Shown: positions 51,051 to 64,000 of the stretch, one piece after another
How the letters are laid out: each line of letters starts with the position of its first letter
How positions within the stretch are numbered: position 1 is the stretch's first letter
Assembly: GCF_006345805.1 (NCBI RefSeq)
Contig: NC_042999.1
Coordinates: forward strand, 173,290,001-173,354,000
Source: Octopus sinensis
Lineage: Eukaryota
Direction: 5' to 3'
DNA length: 64,000 nt
The notes under the pieces: model-generated
What the model was told of the DNA's origin: nothing
Databases searched by the model: none
The model's input: only the letters and a program-made list of their open reading frames with translations
Position numbers and translations under genes: made by a program

Positions 51051-51779
51051 AAAGGTAGCCATTCCTGGTGTCCATTACTATAAACCGGATTGCTCTTCCA
51101 GAAAGCTGTAAGAGCCTTATTCATTATGTATTTTTCTTCTTAAAAAGTCTTTCTTTAGAAATGGGAGCTACTAACCTATCTGCTACTAACAACTTTCTAT
51201 ATGGTAGAAACAGAAAGCTACCTCCAGAGGAATAAATTTTATATGGAAAGTTATATAATTGCTTGTACGATGCAGAAACCACTTCAGTAGTTATTGTAGT
51301 CTATTTGTTTTTTTATCGTTTTTTAACTAATTCTGTGTATGTGTGTTTGTGTCTGTGTGTGTGCCTGTGTGTATGTGTGTGTGTGCACGCACATAATAAT
51401 GATCCTGGTGGCTTGTAGAAATAAACGAACGCTACAAAGACACAGTGTCGGAGATAGAATCATAAAGCCAAGGAAGAAGGAGGAAGAAGTGGAAATGAGG
51501 AAGAGAAGGAGATGTGCACATTGCAGAGTAATTATGGTAGGAAGATTTATATAAATGAAATCTTTACTTTATCTAATTTTAGTCTAACGTAACAAATATT
51601 TTTGTTTTGACAATAAATATTCATATATTAATTTCGACATTTGCGTTTAATATCAAAAAAAATTTTATAACAGCTAAATTTTAATGATTGCTTGTACGCC
51701 ATATTACCTCCTATTACCCATGGTGTCAAAATATACTCCAAATGTCACCCAATGTTATATGCATCTATGTATATGGTAA

Positions 51780-51940
51780 AGGTGCGTTGCCTAGTGGTCA
51801 CAACTTTGTATTCATAATCACAATTTGTAGTTTCGATTCACAGACCGGCGCAAAATGTTTCATCTTACGTCACTCAAGTCCACTCAGATGCAACTGGGTA
51901 AACCCTGCGACGAACAGACGCTCTGCTGAGGAATAATGTT
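51780..51940 (+). mobile_element. Degenerate tRNA-headed SINE
   Basis: GGTGCGTTGCCTAGTGGTCA head and GTTTCGATTC B-box-like motif; CAAGTCCACTCAG body. Confidence 0.5.
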
Positions 51941-51984
51941 GGCCTAACCAGCGGGATGATATCATTCGAAAGCTACAAGAACGC

Positions 51985-52200
51985 AATGAAGTTCAATTCA
52001 ATTCAATTCAATTTTTATTGGCTCAAAAAGCAAAAGCAAGGCCATGTAGGTGGAGCAGGGAGTTATGTACATGGAGGGTGGTCATACAAAGAGTTCAGGC
52101 CATTTCTGGTCAAGAGAGACTTTGAACCGAGCGGTCGTCGGCATCTTCACTATCACGTCCGAAGTGCACTGCGACTAGCGGTGCAGAACAACATTCATTA
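51985..52200 (-). mobile_element. CR1-like LINE 3' end with (TTGAA)n tail
   Basis: Minus strand VKMPTTARFKVSLDQKWPELFV*, then AATAAAAA(TTGAA)n. Confidence 0.65.
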
Positions 52201-53174
52201 CTGATACGTGTGTATATACGGGGAATGGTATGTATGTGCTTCTCTATATATGAATGAATGGATGGATCAATGAATATTTATCACCGTCAGAGGTGCTGTC
52301 ACTTGATATCCTGCTATATACAAGGCGCATACGGTAATATTCTCATCAAATAACATATCAAGCATTCACAGACTAATATGTCATCTTCCGTACAAGCAGG
52401 AAAGGAGGAAATGTAGTTGACAGTTGCATGTACATTTATGGCGATAGTTTTATTGACGTTGTTACATTAATTCTGAATGTGGAGCACCTAATTACTTTAG
52501 ATGATAGCAACATGCAGAATGCACACCGCGGTAACAAATATAAAATAGATGTATTTGCATAATTTAACGTACCATCATATTCTTTGTAGCTATTATACAC
52601 TTGCCTTCAAATAGCTTGCAATATTTTCTGTAACCCGGTTATATTTGTCGCAACAAACCACGTAGAAATTAATTAAAGGCCTCAGGGGCAAACTGTTTAT
52701 AAAATAAAGGATTGTCTAATTATGAGAGAAGAAAACATTAGATTTAGGATAAGTTAGAAAAAAATTATATTCAGTTGACTCAAACAATCTGCTCAGATTA
52801 GAAGTATTGATAATATATCACATCTCGCAATAACATGTCTTTGAGCATCAGTCTGAAAGCAATGCATCACTGTCCAAACTAAAATTTCACAGGTTTCGTT
52901 GCAAATCAATTAAGAAAAATATCTCGACGCTAAACTGGCCCAAACGTTTCTGTGCGCGACAGTGACAGAAGCACAATGCAAACAAAGCGTTGCGTATAAC
53001 CAGATTGAAAGGCCAAAAATATAACTTAGAGAGAGAAACTTATTTTCAAATTCAGAAAGTTGATAAATCACTATCAAGAGAAAGACCGTGATAAAATACC
53101 CCACACAAGGCTTGAAAATAAAAGAAAATATTTGAAACTTTCTTTGAGTAAACACACTGCGAATGATAATCTCT

Positions 53175-53585
53175 TGCAAGACAGACGATTTGCGCTGGTA
53201 TGGTCAAGTGATACGTATTGACCAGGAGAGTTGTGTGAAGAAGTGCCGCACTCTAGCGGTAGAGGGAACCTGTGGAAGACATGGGACGAGGTGGTGAAGC
53301 ACGATCTTCGAATGTTGGACCTGTCAGGTGACTGAGACCTTTGGTGTTATGCCGCGCTTCAGAAGACCTACCGAGTCAAGTGAGATCGTAGTCGTGACCG
53401 ATGCCACTGCCGCTTAACTGGTACGTAAAAAGCAACCACTATAATCTTTGAGTGGTTGGCCTTAGGAAGAGCATCCAACTGTAGAAACCATGCCAAATAA
53501 AATTGGAACCTGGTGCAGCTCCCGACCAACCCATGCCACCATAGAAACTAGGTTAAATGCTGATGATAATGATGACGATGATAAT
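53175..53585 (+). mobile_element. RTE-clade LINE 3' end with (GAT)n tail
   Basis: LRWYGQVIRIDQESCVKKCRTLAVEG...KTWDEVVKHDLRML; 3'UTR ending in a degenerate (GAT)n. Confidence 0.82.
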
Positions 53586-53607
53586 ATATGCGTATGTATA
53601 TATATAT

Positions 53608-53641
<34 letters not shown>

Positions 53642-53699
53642 ACCACTGTGCACTAGCGGAATATTTACAGAATTTGATTTAAAAAATGATAGTCTTGCA

Positions 53700-53880
53700 G
53701 TATTTCTTCCGGCTATATTTACTCTGATTTCACATCACACCGAATTCAAATTTGCTCTTCATCCATCCACAGTCGATATGTTAACGAGCTAGTCAGGTAC
53801 TGGAGTCGACTTAATTGACTAAACCCAACCCACTTCAAAACTGCGGGTCTTAAAGCTAAATTAGAACAATAATTCCGAAA
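53700..53880 (+). mobile_element. SINE family A, strongly diverged
   Basis: GTATTTC...TCATCC...GTACTGGAGTCGAC motifs in the expected order. Confidence 0.5.
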
Positions 53881-53913
53881 CAAACAAAAAATCAATATAA
53901 TATTCTGTGCGTG

Positions 53914-53926
53914 GGTGTGTGTGTGT

Positions 53927-54002
<76 letters not shown>
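53914..54002. repeat. (TG)n microsatellite
   Basis: Directly visible. Confidence 0.97.
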
Positions 54003-54004
<2 letters not shown>

Positions 54005-54689
54005 TGTGCTTTTAAATGTTTCAAATTACCATTTAATGGTATATTTATTTTATGACGTTGGAATTACGATTTAAAATATGACATTTACAAAACTTAAACA
54101 CGGATCAGTGAATTCTGTATATCATGTCATTTGTGTTACAGTGAAATACAGTCATCTATTGTCTTCTTTGCTAAGTTTTACTTTTGATATGCTTTTATAG
54201 AACGCGAATTTAAGTCCCTATTTGCAAGTAATCAACACTTTATTAATTTGAAACATATTTCCTTCGTATATACTAGTGGAAGATTTGATAGATTATTCAT
54301 TATTATTTAGAATCCGCAAATATTTTCGCCTATAAATAATACAAAATGTTTTAGATGTGCTTTATACATTTTCCCGATATTCAGTTTCTTTTAAAGATTT
54401 GAATAACCGTGAAGTAAACAAGTAGAATAATATTTTCCTTTCTTTTGTTAGCAGGATTCTTTTGATGTATCGAATTAGCGTAAGTTGGGATTAGAGGCTT
54501 GTTTACGAATTCTGAATAATGAAACTGAATATACACATGTATGACATACACACACACATATATAAACACACAAACGCACATACAATCACGCATATTATAC
54601 ATGTGTGTATGCACGTGCGTACATGTATATGTAATTATTTCGCATGCATGCGTGTGCGTATGTATGTGTGTATAACTATATGTGTATGT

Positions 54690-54730
<41 letters not shown>

Positions 54731-54746
54731 ATCCAAACATGAAAAC

Positions 54747-54794
<48 letters not shown>

Positions 54795-55197
54795 GAGTGT
54801 GTATAATGTATGTATGTGTGTAAGGAAGTTTATGGAAATATGTTAAGTTTATATTTAGCTTTTTCCATTGAAACCGTTTCTTAAGGTACGGAAATGCAAA
54901 GAAATTTTCATAAATCGCTTCATAAATAGATAAACATTTCTAAACAAGAGGGGTGTATGCATAAAGGAATGATAAAATATCAACATATTCAACCTTTCAA
55001 TGTAGGATTAAAATAAGAAAACTTGAACAAGGGAGCAGGAAATGTTTTGCTGCCGATTATCCTGTTGAATAGTATCCCTGTAAACCGGAGGTTCTACGGT
55101 TCAAATTCCATTCATTCTTTTATACTGTATTTATCACCTCATTTCTTTTAGCACCGCTCGACTGTATGAAATTAACTGTTTTGTATGATATCCTTCG

Positions 55198-55381
55198 TAG
55201 CGCAGGCATGGCTGTGAGGGTAAGAAATGCGCTTTGCAGCCACACGATTTCAGATTCAGTTCCTCCCATTGTATGGCATCTCGGTCTAGTGTCTTCTGTT
55301 ATGGCCCCGGGGTTACCAATGGCTTGCGAATGTATTTGGTAAACAGAAAATGTGCGGTACTCCGTCGTGTACGGTTGTCCA

Positions 55382-55413
<32 letters not shown>

Positions 55414-55610
55414 GTGATTGCCCCCACCGCTTCATAACTGGTATTGGGATGTTTACGACTGCTTAACTTAGCAGTTACAGCAAAAAGACCGATTTAATAT
55501 ATGCCAGATATAAAAAATAAATAGGCCGATTTGTTCGACCAAACCCCTAAAAGCGGTGATTGAGCATGGCGGAAGTTCGATGGCTGTCGCCAGTAAAAGA
55601 GAAAAGATAG
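55198..55610 (+). mobile_element. SINE family B, diverged
   Basis: GCGCAGGCATGGCTGTG head; internal (TG)n; degenerate tail. Confidence 0.78.
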
Positions 55611-56361
55611 AACCGGAGACTTATCTCTAGTATCATAAACGTTAAATGTTTGAGGAACCTTCCATCTCTGTTTAGAAAGTTGACTTGTAGACGTCTAAAA
55701 TTTAAGATGGTTGCTGATAGTCAAGATAAAATTAATTATATTTATAAGGTTTTTTTAAAAATTACGTAATATACACTTAGACGAAGGAAGTGGAGTTACT
55801 GAATCTGAAACTGATTAAAATCCAAATATTTAATGTTGAAAGCGCTATAATACATTATACCGTGATATCTAAAGCTCAACAATAAAAGACCAGCACCTAA
55901 AATATGTGGAACTATCTTGCTTAAAGTTGAATACAACTAACAAAAAGAATAAACATGGGGAAAAGGAAACTAAACATAAAGCAGACAAAATGAGGTAGAA
56001 AATTCTAGTAACCGTTTTGAATAGCTGATACAAAATATAAATGTAACGACTTCGAAAAAATATGACGGAATTTTTGACGTTTCGTAATATATTGAATTAT
56101 TGAAAAATCAGCGAAAATAATTGTTTGTTTTATTCCATTGTTCTGTCGGAAAGATGACTTCAAATATGACACTTCTGTTTACGTGCAGCTCAGTTGTTGT
56201 GTATTATTAAATTAAATTTCTAAGTCTATTGCAATGAGTTAAAATATAATCAATTATAATTATGGTATGGCTATCTTAATAAAAAGAAAACAGGTTTATA
56301 TTATTTTATTAGAGAATGCAAAACCCTCACTTCGTAGTTAATATTACAAACCAAGAAGGGT

Positions 56362-56585
56362 GGTGAGCTGGCAGAATCGTTAGCACGCCGGGCAAAATGC
56401 TTAGCGGTATTTCGTCCGCGTTGCGTTCTGAGATCAAATTCCACCGATGTCGACTTTGCCTTTCATCCTTTCGGGGTCGATTAGATAAGTACCAGTTACG
56501 CACAGTGGTCGATGTAATCGACTTAATCCCATTATCTTTCCTTGTTTGCCCCTCTATATTTAGCCCCTTGTAGGCAATAAAAAAC
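56362..56585 (+). mobile_element. SINE family A monomer, full length
   Basis: GGTGAGCTGGCAGAATCGTTAGCACGCCGGGCAAAATGCTTAGCGGTATTTCGTC through GGCAATAAAAA. Confidence 0.92.
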
Positions 56586-57009
56586 AAATATGACAAACCA
56601 GGAGCGATGAGAAAAGGAGATGCCATGTAATATTGAAGGTTAGCATATTTTGTAGCAAACTACTTCACGTAACTAACACGAATGGAACAATTCCATGAAT
56701 TAATGGAAAACAATAATTGTTCATTTACTGTAGAAACTATAATTATTGCATTTCCTTGCACCATATATTAGAGTGTTTAGATTAACATCGATTTATGGAT
56801 CAACAAATGAACATCCGTTAACCATGTTATGAATTTGGATTGTCAGAATTGCTATAGTACCCAAGTAAATGCATCGTTTCACGTTCTGTGTTCCAACTCT
56901 CCTGAAGTTGATTCTGTCCTTCATTCTCGGCGGGGAATGGATAAATAATGACCAGACAATAAAATCGACTATTTTCTGTTATCCATTAATATTATTGATG
57001 CGAGGAAGG

Positions 57010-57200
57010 AGACGAGCTCGCAGAATCGTTACCACATGAGCAAAATACTTAGCGGCATTTCGTCTGTCATTATGTTCTGAGTTCGAATTCCGCCGAGGTC
57101 GACTTTGCCTGTCATCCTTTCGGGGTGGATAAATTAAGTATCATTTGCTTAGTGTCCCCCTCCCCCAAAATTTCGGGCCATGTGCCTAGAGTAGAAGAGG
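57010..57200 (+). mobile_element. SINE family A monomer with alternative tail
   Basis: Head and core as above; tail CCCCAAAATTTCGGGCCATGTGCCTAGAGTAGAA like the third unit at 44521. Confidence 0.85.
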
Positions 57201-58240
57201 ATATTATATTACGTAAATACGGAAAGCTAGATTTATAATTTTAAGATAAGCTGAGGTATTGTTGATTTTAGTGCTTATAGAACTTAGTATTTCTGTTTAC
57301 ATATATTATAATTATATTTACTGGTACTAGCTCGATGCGAAAACAATCTGTTTTCTACACTAGATCTAACAAAAGAGTAAACTCCTCTCATAACTTGCTT
57401 GCTTTAAACAATGCTTTCAGTAATACCCAAGCAATGCTACCGAACTGTTCTGAATAAATTTGATTTTCGTTCTCATGATTTATTATATGAATGCCCTAAT
57501 AGAGAGACTCGATAGCAAAAAGCTTTTCAGCTGTAACCAATCCATCCTTTGCAAATACATGTACACCAAATGGCATAACATCAGCCGCTGCGTCCATTAT
57601 AAGACGATAGCGTGTGTTTTGACTGAGATTCTGCTGCTATTTCTAGCGAGTGGTATGAACAAGTAGATGCTTCCTTCTAACTCCAGATATGCTGGAAAGG
57701 TAAATTTAATTCGTTGAAATAAGGTTTACAATGCTGAACGCATATCGGATCATGAGTAAAACTATGTAGAAGACGAATTTATTCAGTACAAGTTTATCCG
57801 AGTTCTTCTGTGAAACAGTAACAATGAAAACATTTGGAAAAACTTTATAGAAAGTGAATCCAAACTGATGTAAACAGAACTATCAGGACGAATGTAATAA
57901 ATAAAATAATCAATAGGGTTTAAATTTAAAGGAGAATGTTGATATTTGATATAGACTTCAAGGAATAGAATATTGGAACTACTCCAACAACTGTACAATA
58001 GACATTGTACTGATCTTCTACGCAAGAAAAAACCAGCATCTTTACTTACTTGATATGGCATTACGTAACATTTTACCACGCTACCTCTATTCATAGCAAA
58101 ATATAAGAAAATATGTACAACAAAAGTAAAAGTAACAACCAAGATCTTTAGCAACATTTGAACACCAAACGCTATCATATTAATAGCATTAATATCTGCA
58201 CGATTTCATACAATGTTAATATAACAATCTAATTTAAGTT

Positions 58241-58244
<4 letters not shown>

Positions 58245-58280
<36 letters not shown>
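58245..58280. repeat. (CT)n microsatellite
   Basis: Directly visible. Confidence 0.95.
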
Positions 58281-58282
<2 letters not shown>

Positions 58283-60120
58283 CACTCTCGCTCTATACCT
58301 CACTCAATCATTCCCCCCCCTCTCTCCCCTCTTATTCGAAATCTTTCTAGTAGTAACGAAGCATACTTTATAGTGAAATAGAATATCAGAGATAGATATT
58401 AGCCAATGCGTCCATTTTAAGATGGAATTTGATTTGAGGGAAAGAAAAACTACCATTTCTAACTGGTTGAACAACCAAGTGGGGGTCTTGCTCTGAATGT
58501 ATTTATAAAAATACATATCGGATCTTTGACTTTTGATGGGCAACTCGATTAATTAATTAACTAAACACTTTGTAACTTCGGATACTGGTAGAATGCGTTA
58601 TATAGAACATATTTTACTCTTAGCGATGTTGAGAAAAGCTTCTATTTTCGAAGATATTTCGTGTTAAAGTTGTCGTATTTCGGTAATTTCAAGCAATCAA
58701 TCACGTGTATTCAGCTGAATAAAATTACTGCTGTTGTTTGTCAATATGACACATTCGACTAGTATCCTAGTTTCAAAGTTCTTAGTTAAAGAAAATTAAT
58801 CGAGCTGCCCGTGTAAAAGACAAGATCCTACATATCTTTGGCATGTAAATTGATAGGTTTACAATACTGAACTCATAACATCTTCTTGGAAAATCTTAGT
58901 TTCTATAGAGTTTTCATTTTATTTCTCTGAAGAATAGTGTAAAATAAATGTAATTTTTATGACGTCATTTTACATCATTCTAAAAGTTAAGACAACGTGA
59001 GAGTTTGTATGTTGCTACTCAATCTGCATGAAATAGCCGACATATCTCTCTCAAATTTATTCCATCTTCTTATGAAAACAACTTATTGCATAGCATAGAA
59101 TTTGATTCACTAAACCTGAAAAGAAAACGAAATTGATATAGCTCTAACACATTTTATTCTTCTTCTGCTCCATTGCGGCTAACCTAGGGTTATACAACAA
59201 CATCATTGCATCTCCATGCAGTAATATCTACTCTGGGTTACGTAACAATAAGAAAGCTATTTAAATCAAGGACACATGTTTAACCTTGTTCTGATCGATA
59301 ATAACAATGAGTTGTCAGATCTGTGTAAATCCGCTACTTACTTTCAATATCTAGTTCAAATTAGATTCTTTAAATATGTATCTTGATTAGAATACACAAA
59401 TCAATCAGGATACTTGAATGTAAGAATTCACAAGTCTCTAATTCAATATTTCATAGTAGAAATCATTTTGCCACAACTGCAGGCCCGTGTGGATGAACAA
59501 TTTCTTCCATAATAATTCTAGGAAATTTAACCAAATTATATTGAAATGTTTCCTCATGTTGCAATATGTAATATAACAAATCTTTGGGGATAAGCACTGA
59601 GAACTATTTCGAAGCAAACTAGCGTGAATTACATGGACAGATATTAACATTAATAAAGATATAGACATGTTTCGTTAATAGGCTATATTTTGAAGCATTC
59701 AAAACATGGACGGGCAAACACCGGTTGGCCGCATTAAGCTTCAAAACACATTTATACGGCCTGGAGCGGCCTCATACTATATATTCGAACTGTTTTCTAT
59801 TTACTTTCTTCATTAACTTTATCTCCGAAAACGTGGATATTTTACATTCACGGTTTCGATTTTCGAAAGCCACCAGAATAACTTTAAAATCATTGCACAT
59901 TCAGCAAACGCGTGCTCTTAAAATAAAGCAAGGGTAAATCGGCGCGATGGAAGTGTAACAAAGTTAGGAGTGGAATTATACACAATATATCCGATGAGCT
60001 TTTATGACAAACGCCATTACAGAAAATAGTATGTAGAGAGGAACCTCTGGATTAGGAAAGCAAAATTTACACCACCTCCGTCTCCCCAACCACGTGACAC
60101 GTACCCATACGCTCAAACAT

Positions 60121-60512
60121 GGATGGAAGCACTCCGTCGGTTACGACGATGAGTGTTCCGGTTGATCCGAATCAACGGAACAGCCTGCTCGTGAAATTAA
60201 CGTGTAAGTGGCTGAGCACTCCACAGACACGTGCACCCTTAACGTAGTTTTCAGGGATATTCAGCGTAACATAGAGAGTGACAAGGCCGGCTCCTTGAAA
60301 TACAGGTACAACAGAAACAGGAAGTAAGAGTGAGAGAAAGTTGTGGTGAAAGAGTACAGCAGGGATCTCCACCACCCCCTGCCGGAGCCTCGTGGAGCTT
60401 TTAGGTGTTTTCGCTCAATAAACACTCACAACGCCCGGTCTCGGAATCGAAACCGCGATCCTATGACCGCGAGTCCGCTGCCCTAACCACTGGGCCATTG
60501 CGCCCCCACTAA
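60121..60512 (-). mobile_element. SINE family C, full length, with 10-bp target-site duplication
   Basis: Minus-strand tRNA-like head GGCGCAATGGCCCAGTGGTTAGGG...GGTTTCGATTCC; flanking GCTCAAACAT (60111-60120) and GCTCGAACAT (60513-60522). Confidence 0.9.
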
Positions 60513-60619
60513 GCTCGAACATAGTTACAGATCGACTGATTTTTTCCAATATAAGATCAACAGGTTGTTTCATATAAAATCAACAAACTGCTCCATCAGG
60601 ATCACAGAAAGGTTTATCT

Positions 60620-61305
60620 GCAGCTGAAATGAATAATTAACAGATGTGAGAAACCTGATGCTGAAGAATGGATAAAAGAAAAAATCATAAGAAATATACT
60701 GAATAGTTGGAGGAATTAAGTTCGGAGGTCCATGCCCGTATAGAGTACAAGAGTATTGCATGAAAATTTCCCGAAGCGGATGAGCAGAGAAAAAGCGTTT
60801 CTTTGCCAAAAGTACCTTAGAAAAGTTAAAGCAGTGGTAAAGACCGGCCAATCTCCTGCCTACGCTTAATGTGAAATGTACCTCATGAGAGACATATTTC
60901 AGGAAGGTAGTCTGTCACCATTCATTGGAGATTGCTTGGAAAGTACGGTTTGCGATTTGTATAAAACTCCGCACGTCTCTAAAAGTGGAGAAAAGTTGAA
61001 TCGCCTAAAAAAGTATGAGTATAAACGAAAAGGCTTCACCGAAAATAATGAATATAAGACCCTGTGAGATTTTACATTCCCGTGTAATTCAGTGATTGAT
61101 GCTCGGAGACCAGATACAGATGTTGTTCCCAATATGAAAAGAAACCAAGATCATAGACATTGCCATGCCTGAGAATGTACGAGTGGATGATAAAGAACTA
61201 CTAAATTTTGAAAAGCACAAGACGCTAAAAGATGAGATTGGAGGAATTTGGCAAATGATGAAAGTAACTATCATCTAGCTAGTTTTAGGAACATTGAGAA
61301 ATTTG
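60620..61305 (+). mobile_element. R4/Dong-clade LINE, heavily deleted remnant
   Basis: RDIFQEGSLSP; DARRPD; KIIDIAMPENVRVDDKE...KTLKDEI. Confidence 0.7.
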
Positions 61306-61404
61306 TTGGAGTAATTCGCTGTTCAGCGCCCAGGATGAAGCTCAGAGAAATAATTACACCAAGTTCTAATTAGTTAAGAGCAGCGAATTGCCTCTATGTA
61401 GGAT

Positions 61405-61975
61405 ATAAGACAGCAAAAAAAGGAACAATCTCACATATTGTTATTAAGAGTAGCAAGCTCTAAAAAAGGTGGCACTATAGCTTGGCTAGGTTTGTTCAAT
61501 GGAGATTGTGTGAAAATTACGGCCTGGACAGAGCACAGAAATTGCACGAACAGGAATCAGGGGTCACTGAAAACAAGGAATATAGGATACTGTGGGATTT
61601 AACAATCTAATGTTACTCCCTAAACGATGTTCGGAGACCAGACATTGTAGTGGTAGATGAAGGATAAAAGACAAACTAAGATTATAGTTATTGCAATCCC
61701 TGGGAACGCATGCATAATGACAAAGAAGTAGAAAGGTTTGAAAAGTACACAATACTAAAAAACGAAATTGCAAGAAGAATGTGGGCTATGAGAAGAGTGT
61801 CTGTCGGCCTAGTAGTTGTATGGTCACTCGGAGCACTGGCGACCAAGTTCGAGAAATATGCTAGAGAAATCGGAATTTACATGAGAGCAGAGCAAGCCCC
61901 AAAAACTGCTCTGCTAGTGAATGCTAGGATTTTGAGATTGGTTCTTAGGTGTTGAATGTCTTCCATGAATATTAA
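61405..61975 (+). mobile_element. R4/Dong-clade LINE 3' fragment (similar to 1720-2320)
   Basis: LARFVQWRLCENYGL...RILWDL...RRPDIVVV...DKEVERFEKY.ILKNEI...KTALL..ARILR. Confidence 0.85.
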
Positions 61976-61979
61976 TAAC

Positions 61980-62160
61980 TAGAAGAAGAAGAAGAAGAAG
62001 AAGAAGAAGAAGAAGAAGAAGAAGAAGAAGAAGAAGAAGGAGGAGGATGAGGAGAAGAAGAAGAAGAAGAAGAAGAAGAAGAAGAAGAAGAAGAAGAAGA
62101 AGAAGAAGAAGAAGAAGAAGAAAAGAAGAAGAAGAAGAAGAAGAAGAAGAAGAAGAAGAA
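61980..62160. repeat. (GAA)n microsatellite
   Basis: Directly visible. Confidence 0.97.
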
Positions 62161-62500
62161 TGCAGCAGTACAAACAGAACAGACAGAACCATTAAAGCTA
62201 ATAAACCGTACGTTGTTGTGAAAGACCACAGCAATAAAGTTGAGTATCCCTTGTAGTCATAATATCTCGGCAAAAGAATTTGGTGAATTCAGAAAAATAT
62301 AAAGATTTGGTCTGGGAAATCGAAAAAATGTGGTATCTCAAGACGGTTACAATATCAATGATTGTAGGAGCACTTACATTGATTAAAAAAAAAGGAAGTG
62401 AAAGTTAGTTGAAAATGATTCCTGGGTTACTCTCCATGCAAGAATTCCAAAAGATTGTTTTTAACTGAAACATCACACGTATTGAGAAGAGATTTTGAGG
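62161..62500 (+). mobile_element. R4/Dong-clade LINE RLE fragment
   Basis: TDRTIKANKPYVVVKDH...KYKDLVWEIEKMWYLKTVTISMIVGAL...QEFQKIV. Confidence 0.8.
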
Positions 62501-63330
62501 CTGCCACTCTTTCACCGGTCGTGGTGTAGGTTCAGCAGGAATTGTGCTCCGTGGTATGTATAACATATTTTACAAGGCGCTGACACCGACTTCTTACATT
62601 TATTGTACGCCATCTGTGTGTATTTGTGTATGTGTAAGCATGTTTGTAAAATATATAAATAACATCGTCATACGCACACCAGTGGAACATTTAGATAATA
62701 ACTACTCGAGCTTCTCAACAGTCACCATTATAGCCTCTCTTCCTGTCCTTTTATTAAAGCAGATAAATTTTATTCCACATAACTAACAGCGAATTGAGGT
62801 TAAAATGTCATAATAAAAAGCTAAAGAAACAGAAATAAAAAGCAAAACTAGCAGACATACGACATAATAGCTTTCTTGCTTTTCTCTATGAAATAATAGT
62901 CTGAGCTGTCAGTTTGGCACATGATGATGTGTATTGTCCGTTTCCTTCTCTGCTAACACTGGCAAATATTTAGAAATATGATTTATAATATATAACATTA
63001 AAACCCAAAACATATCTGATCGGGTAGATGAATCAACACCTGTGTTGAGAATATTTTACGTAATAAAATTGAAGATGTCAGACAACATAACTTGCAATTC
63101 AAAACGTAAACTGTTTCATAAACGTTACTGCGTAGGAAGAGATATTTTTGGAGAAGAAGCAAGAGTATATAAGCCAGGTTGAAGAAGTAATTAACTCACG
63201 AATTCTATATTATTTAAATAGTGGGACAGAGAGAGCAGTTGAATGTAAGTAATAGCTGAAGCTTCACAGATCGAGTAAAGATTAAATTTGTGACTAAATT
63301 ACAAACAAAATCTACTTTTTTCCATTTCCT

Positions 63331-63718
63331 GTTACTCTTTACTCTTTTACTTGTTTCAGTCATTTGACTGCGGCCATGCTGCAACACCACCTTTACTCGA
63401 GCAAATCGACCCCAGGACTTATTCTTCGTAAGCCTAGTACTTATCCTATCGGTCTCATTTGCCGAACGGCTAAGTTACGGGGACGTAAACACACCAGCAT
63501 CGGTTGTCAAGCGATATTGGGGAGACAAACACAGACAAACGCACACACATATATATACATATATACGGCAGGCTTCTCTTAGTTTCCGTCTACCAAATCC
63601 ACTCACAAGGCTTTGGTCGGCCCGAGGCTATAGTAGAAGACACTTGCCCAATGGGACTGAACCCGGGACCATGTGGTTGGTAAACAAGCTACTTACCACA
63701 CAGCTACTCCTGCGCCTA
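63331..63718 (-). mobile_element. SINE family B, near full length
   Basis: Minus-strand head AGGCGCAGGAGTAGCTGTGTGGTAAGTAGCTTG; tail CAGTCAAATGACTGAAACAAGTAAAAGAGTAAA. Confidence 0.92.
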
Positions 63719-63789
63719 TGAGACAAGATGTTAGTTACATCTTGTCTGATGTACACACTCGCTCGCACACATACACACACACCACACGC

Positions 63790-63862
<73 letters not shown>

Positions 63863-63870
63863 TTATATAT
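63790..63870. repeat. (TA)n microsatellite
   Basis: Directly visible. Confidence 0.95.
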
Positions 63871-64000
63871 AGAGGGCATTATACATACATGCCAGAAGGC
63901 ATTATAAATAAATGCCACACGCTAAGAGGGACAATTAGTCATTTCTACCAAAAATATTACTAATCCCACCGAATGCAATTTTTCAAAGTAAGACATTTAA

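Noticed and set aside
57783-58178. 131-aa hydrophobic minus-strand ORF with an internal GTAAGT donor
   Set aside because: No recognisable family motif; hydrophobicity is explained by T-rich composition.
60440-60505. tRNA-like sequences at SINE heads (also near 36040-36105)
   Set aside because: They continue into SINE bodies, lack a complete acceptor stem, and one copy has a TSD; not functional tRNA genes.

Overview
AT-rich animal genomic DNA dominated by microsatellites and retroelement remnants. The SINE families and simple-repeat density resemble an octopus (coleoid cephalopod) genome; this is inference from recognition and was not verified. No host protein-coding gene, rRNA, bona fide tRNA or CRISPR array can be supported, and most ORFs in the supplied track are translations of microsatellites. 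Supported content: (i) about 12 fragments of R4/Dong-type (RLE-endonuclease) non-LTR retrotransposons, concentrated at 17.0-25.5 kb and 60.6-62.5 kb, mostly joined to (TAA)n/(GAA)n tracts; (ii) a 5'-truncated CR1-clade LINE (34.0-35.4 kb) whose 3' hairpin is shared, with compensatory changes, by the tail of an abundant tRNA/CORE-like SINE; (iii) RTE-clade remnants; (iv) a Penelope-like GIY-YIG remnant; (v) two Tx1/L1-type gag-like ORF1 fragments that run into apparent 3' ends with no ORF2; (vi) three tRNA-headed SINE families, one forming trimers. The most notable signal is six hammerhead-ribozyme-like motifs in six different repeat contexts. Two look catalytically intact (10180-10217 and 38093-38133, minus strand) and both carry the compensatory U3-A8 core variant (UUGANAA instead of CUGANGA) with a palindromic stem III. 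Coordinates of degenerate elements are approximate, and no database search or folding computation was run.
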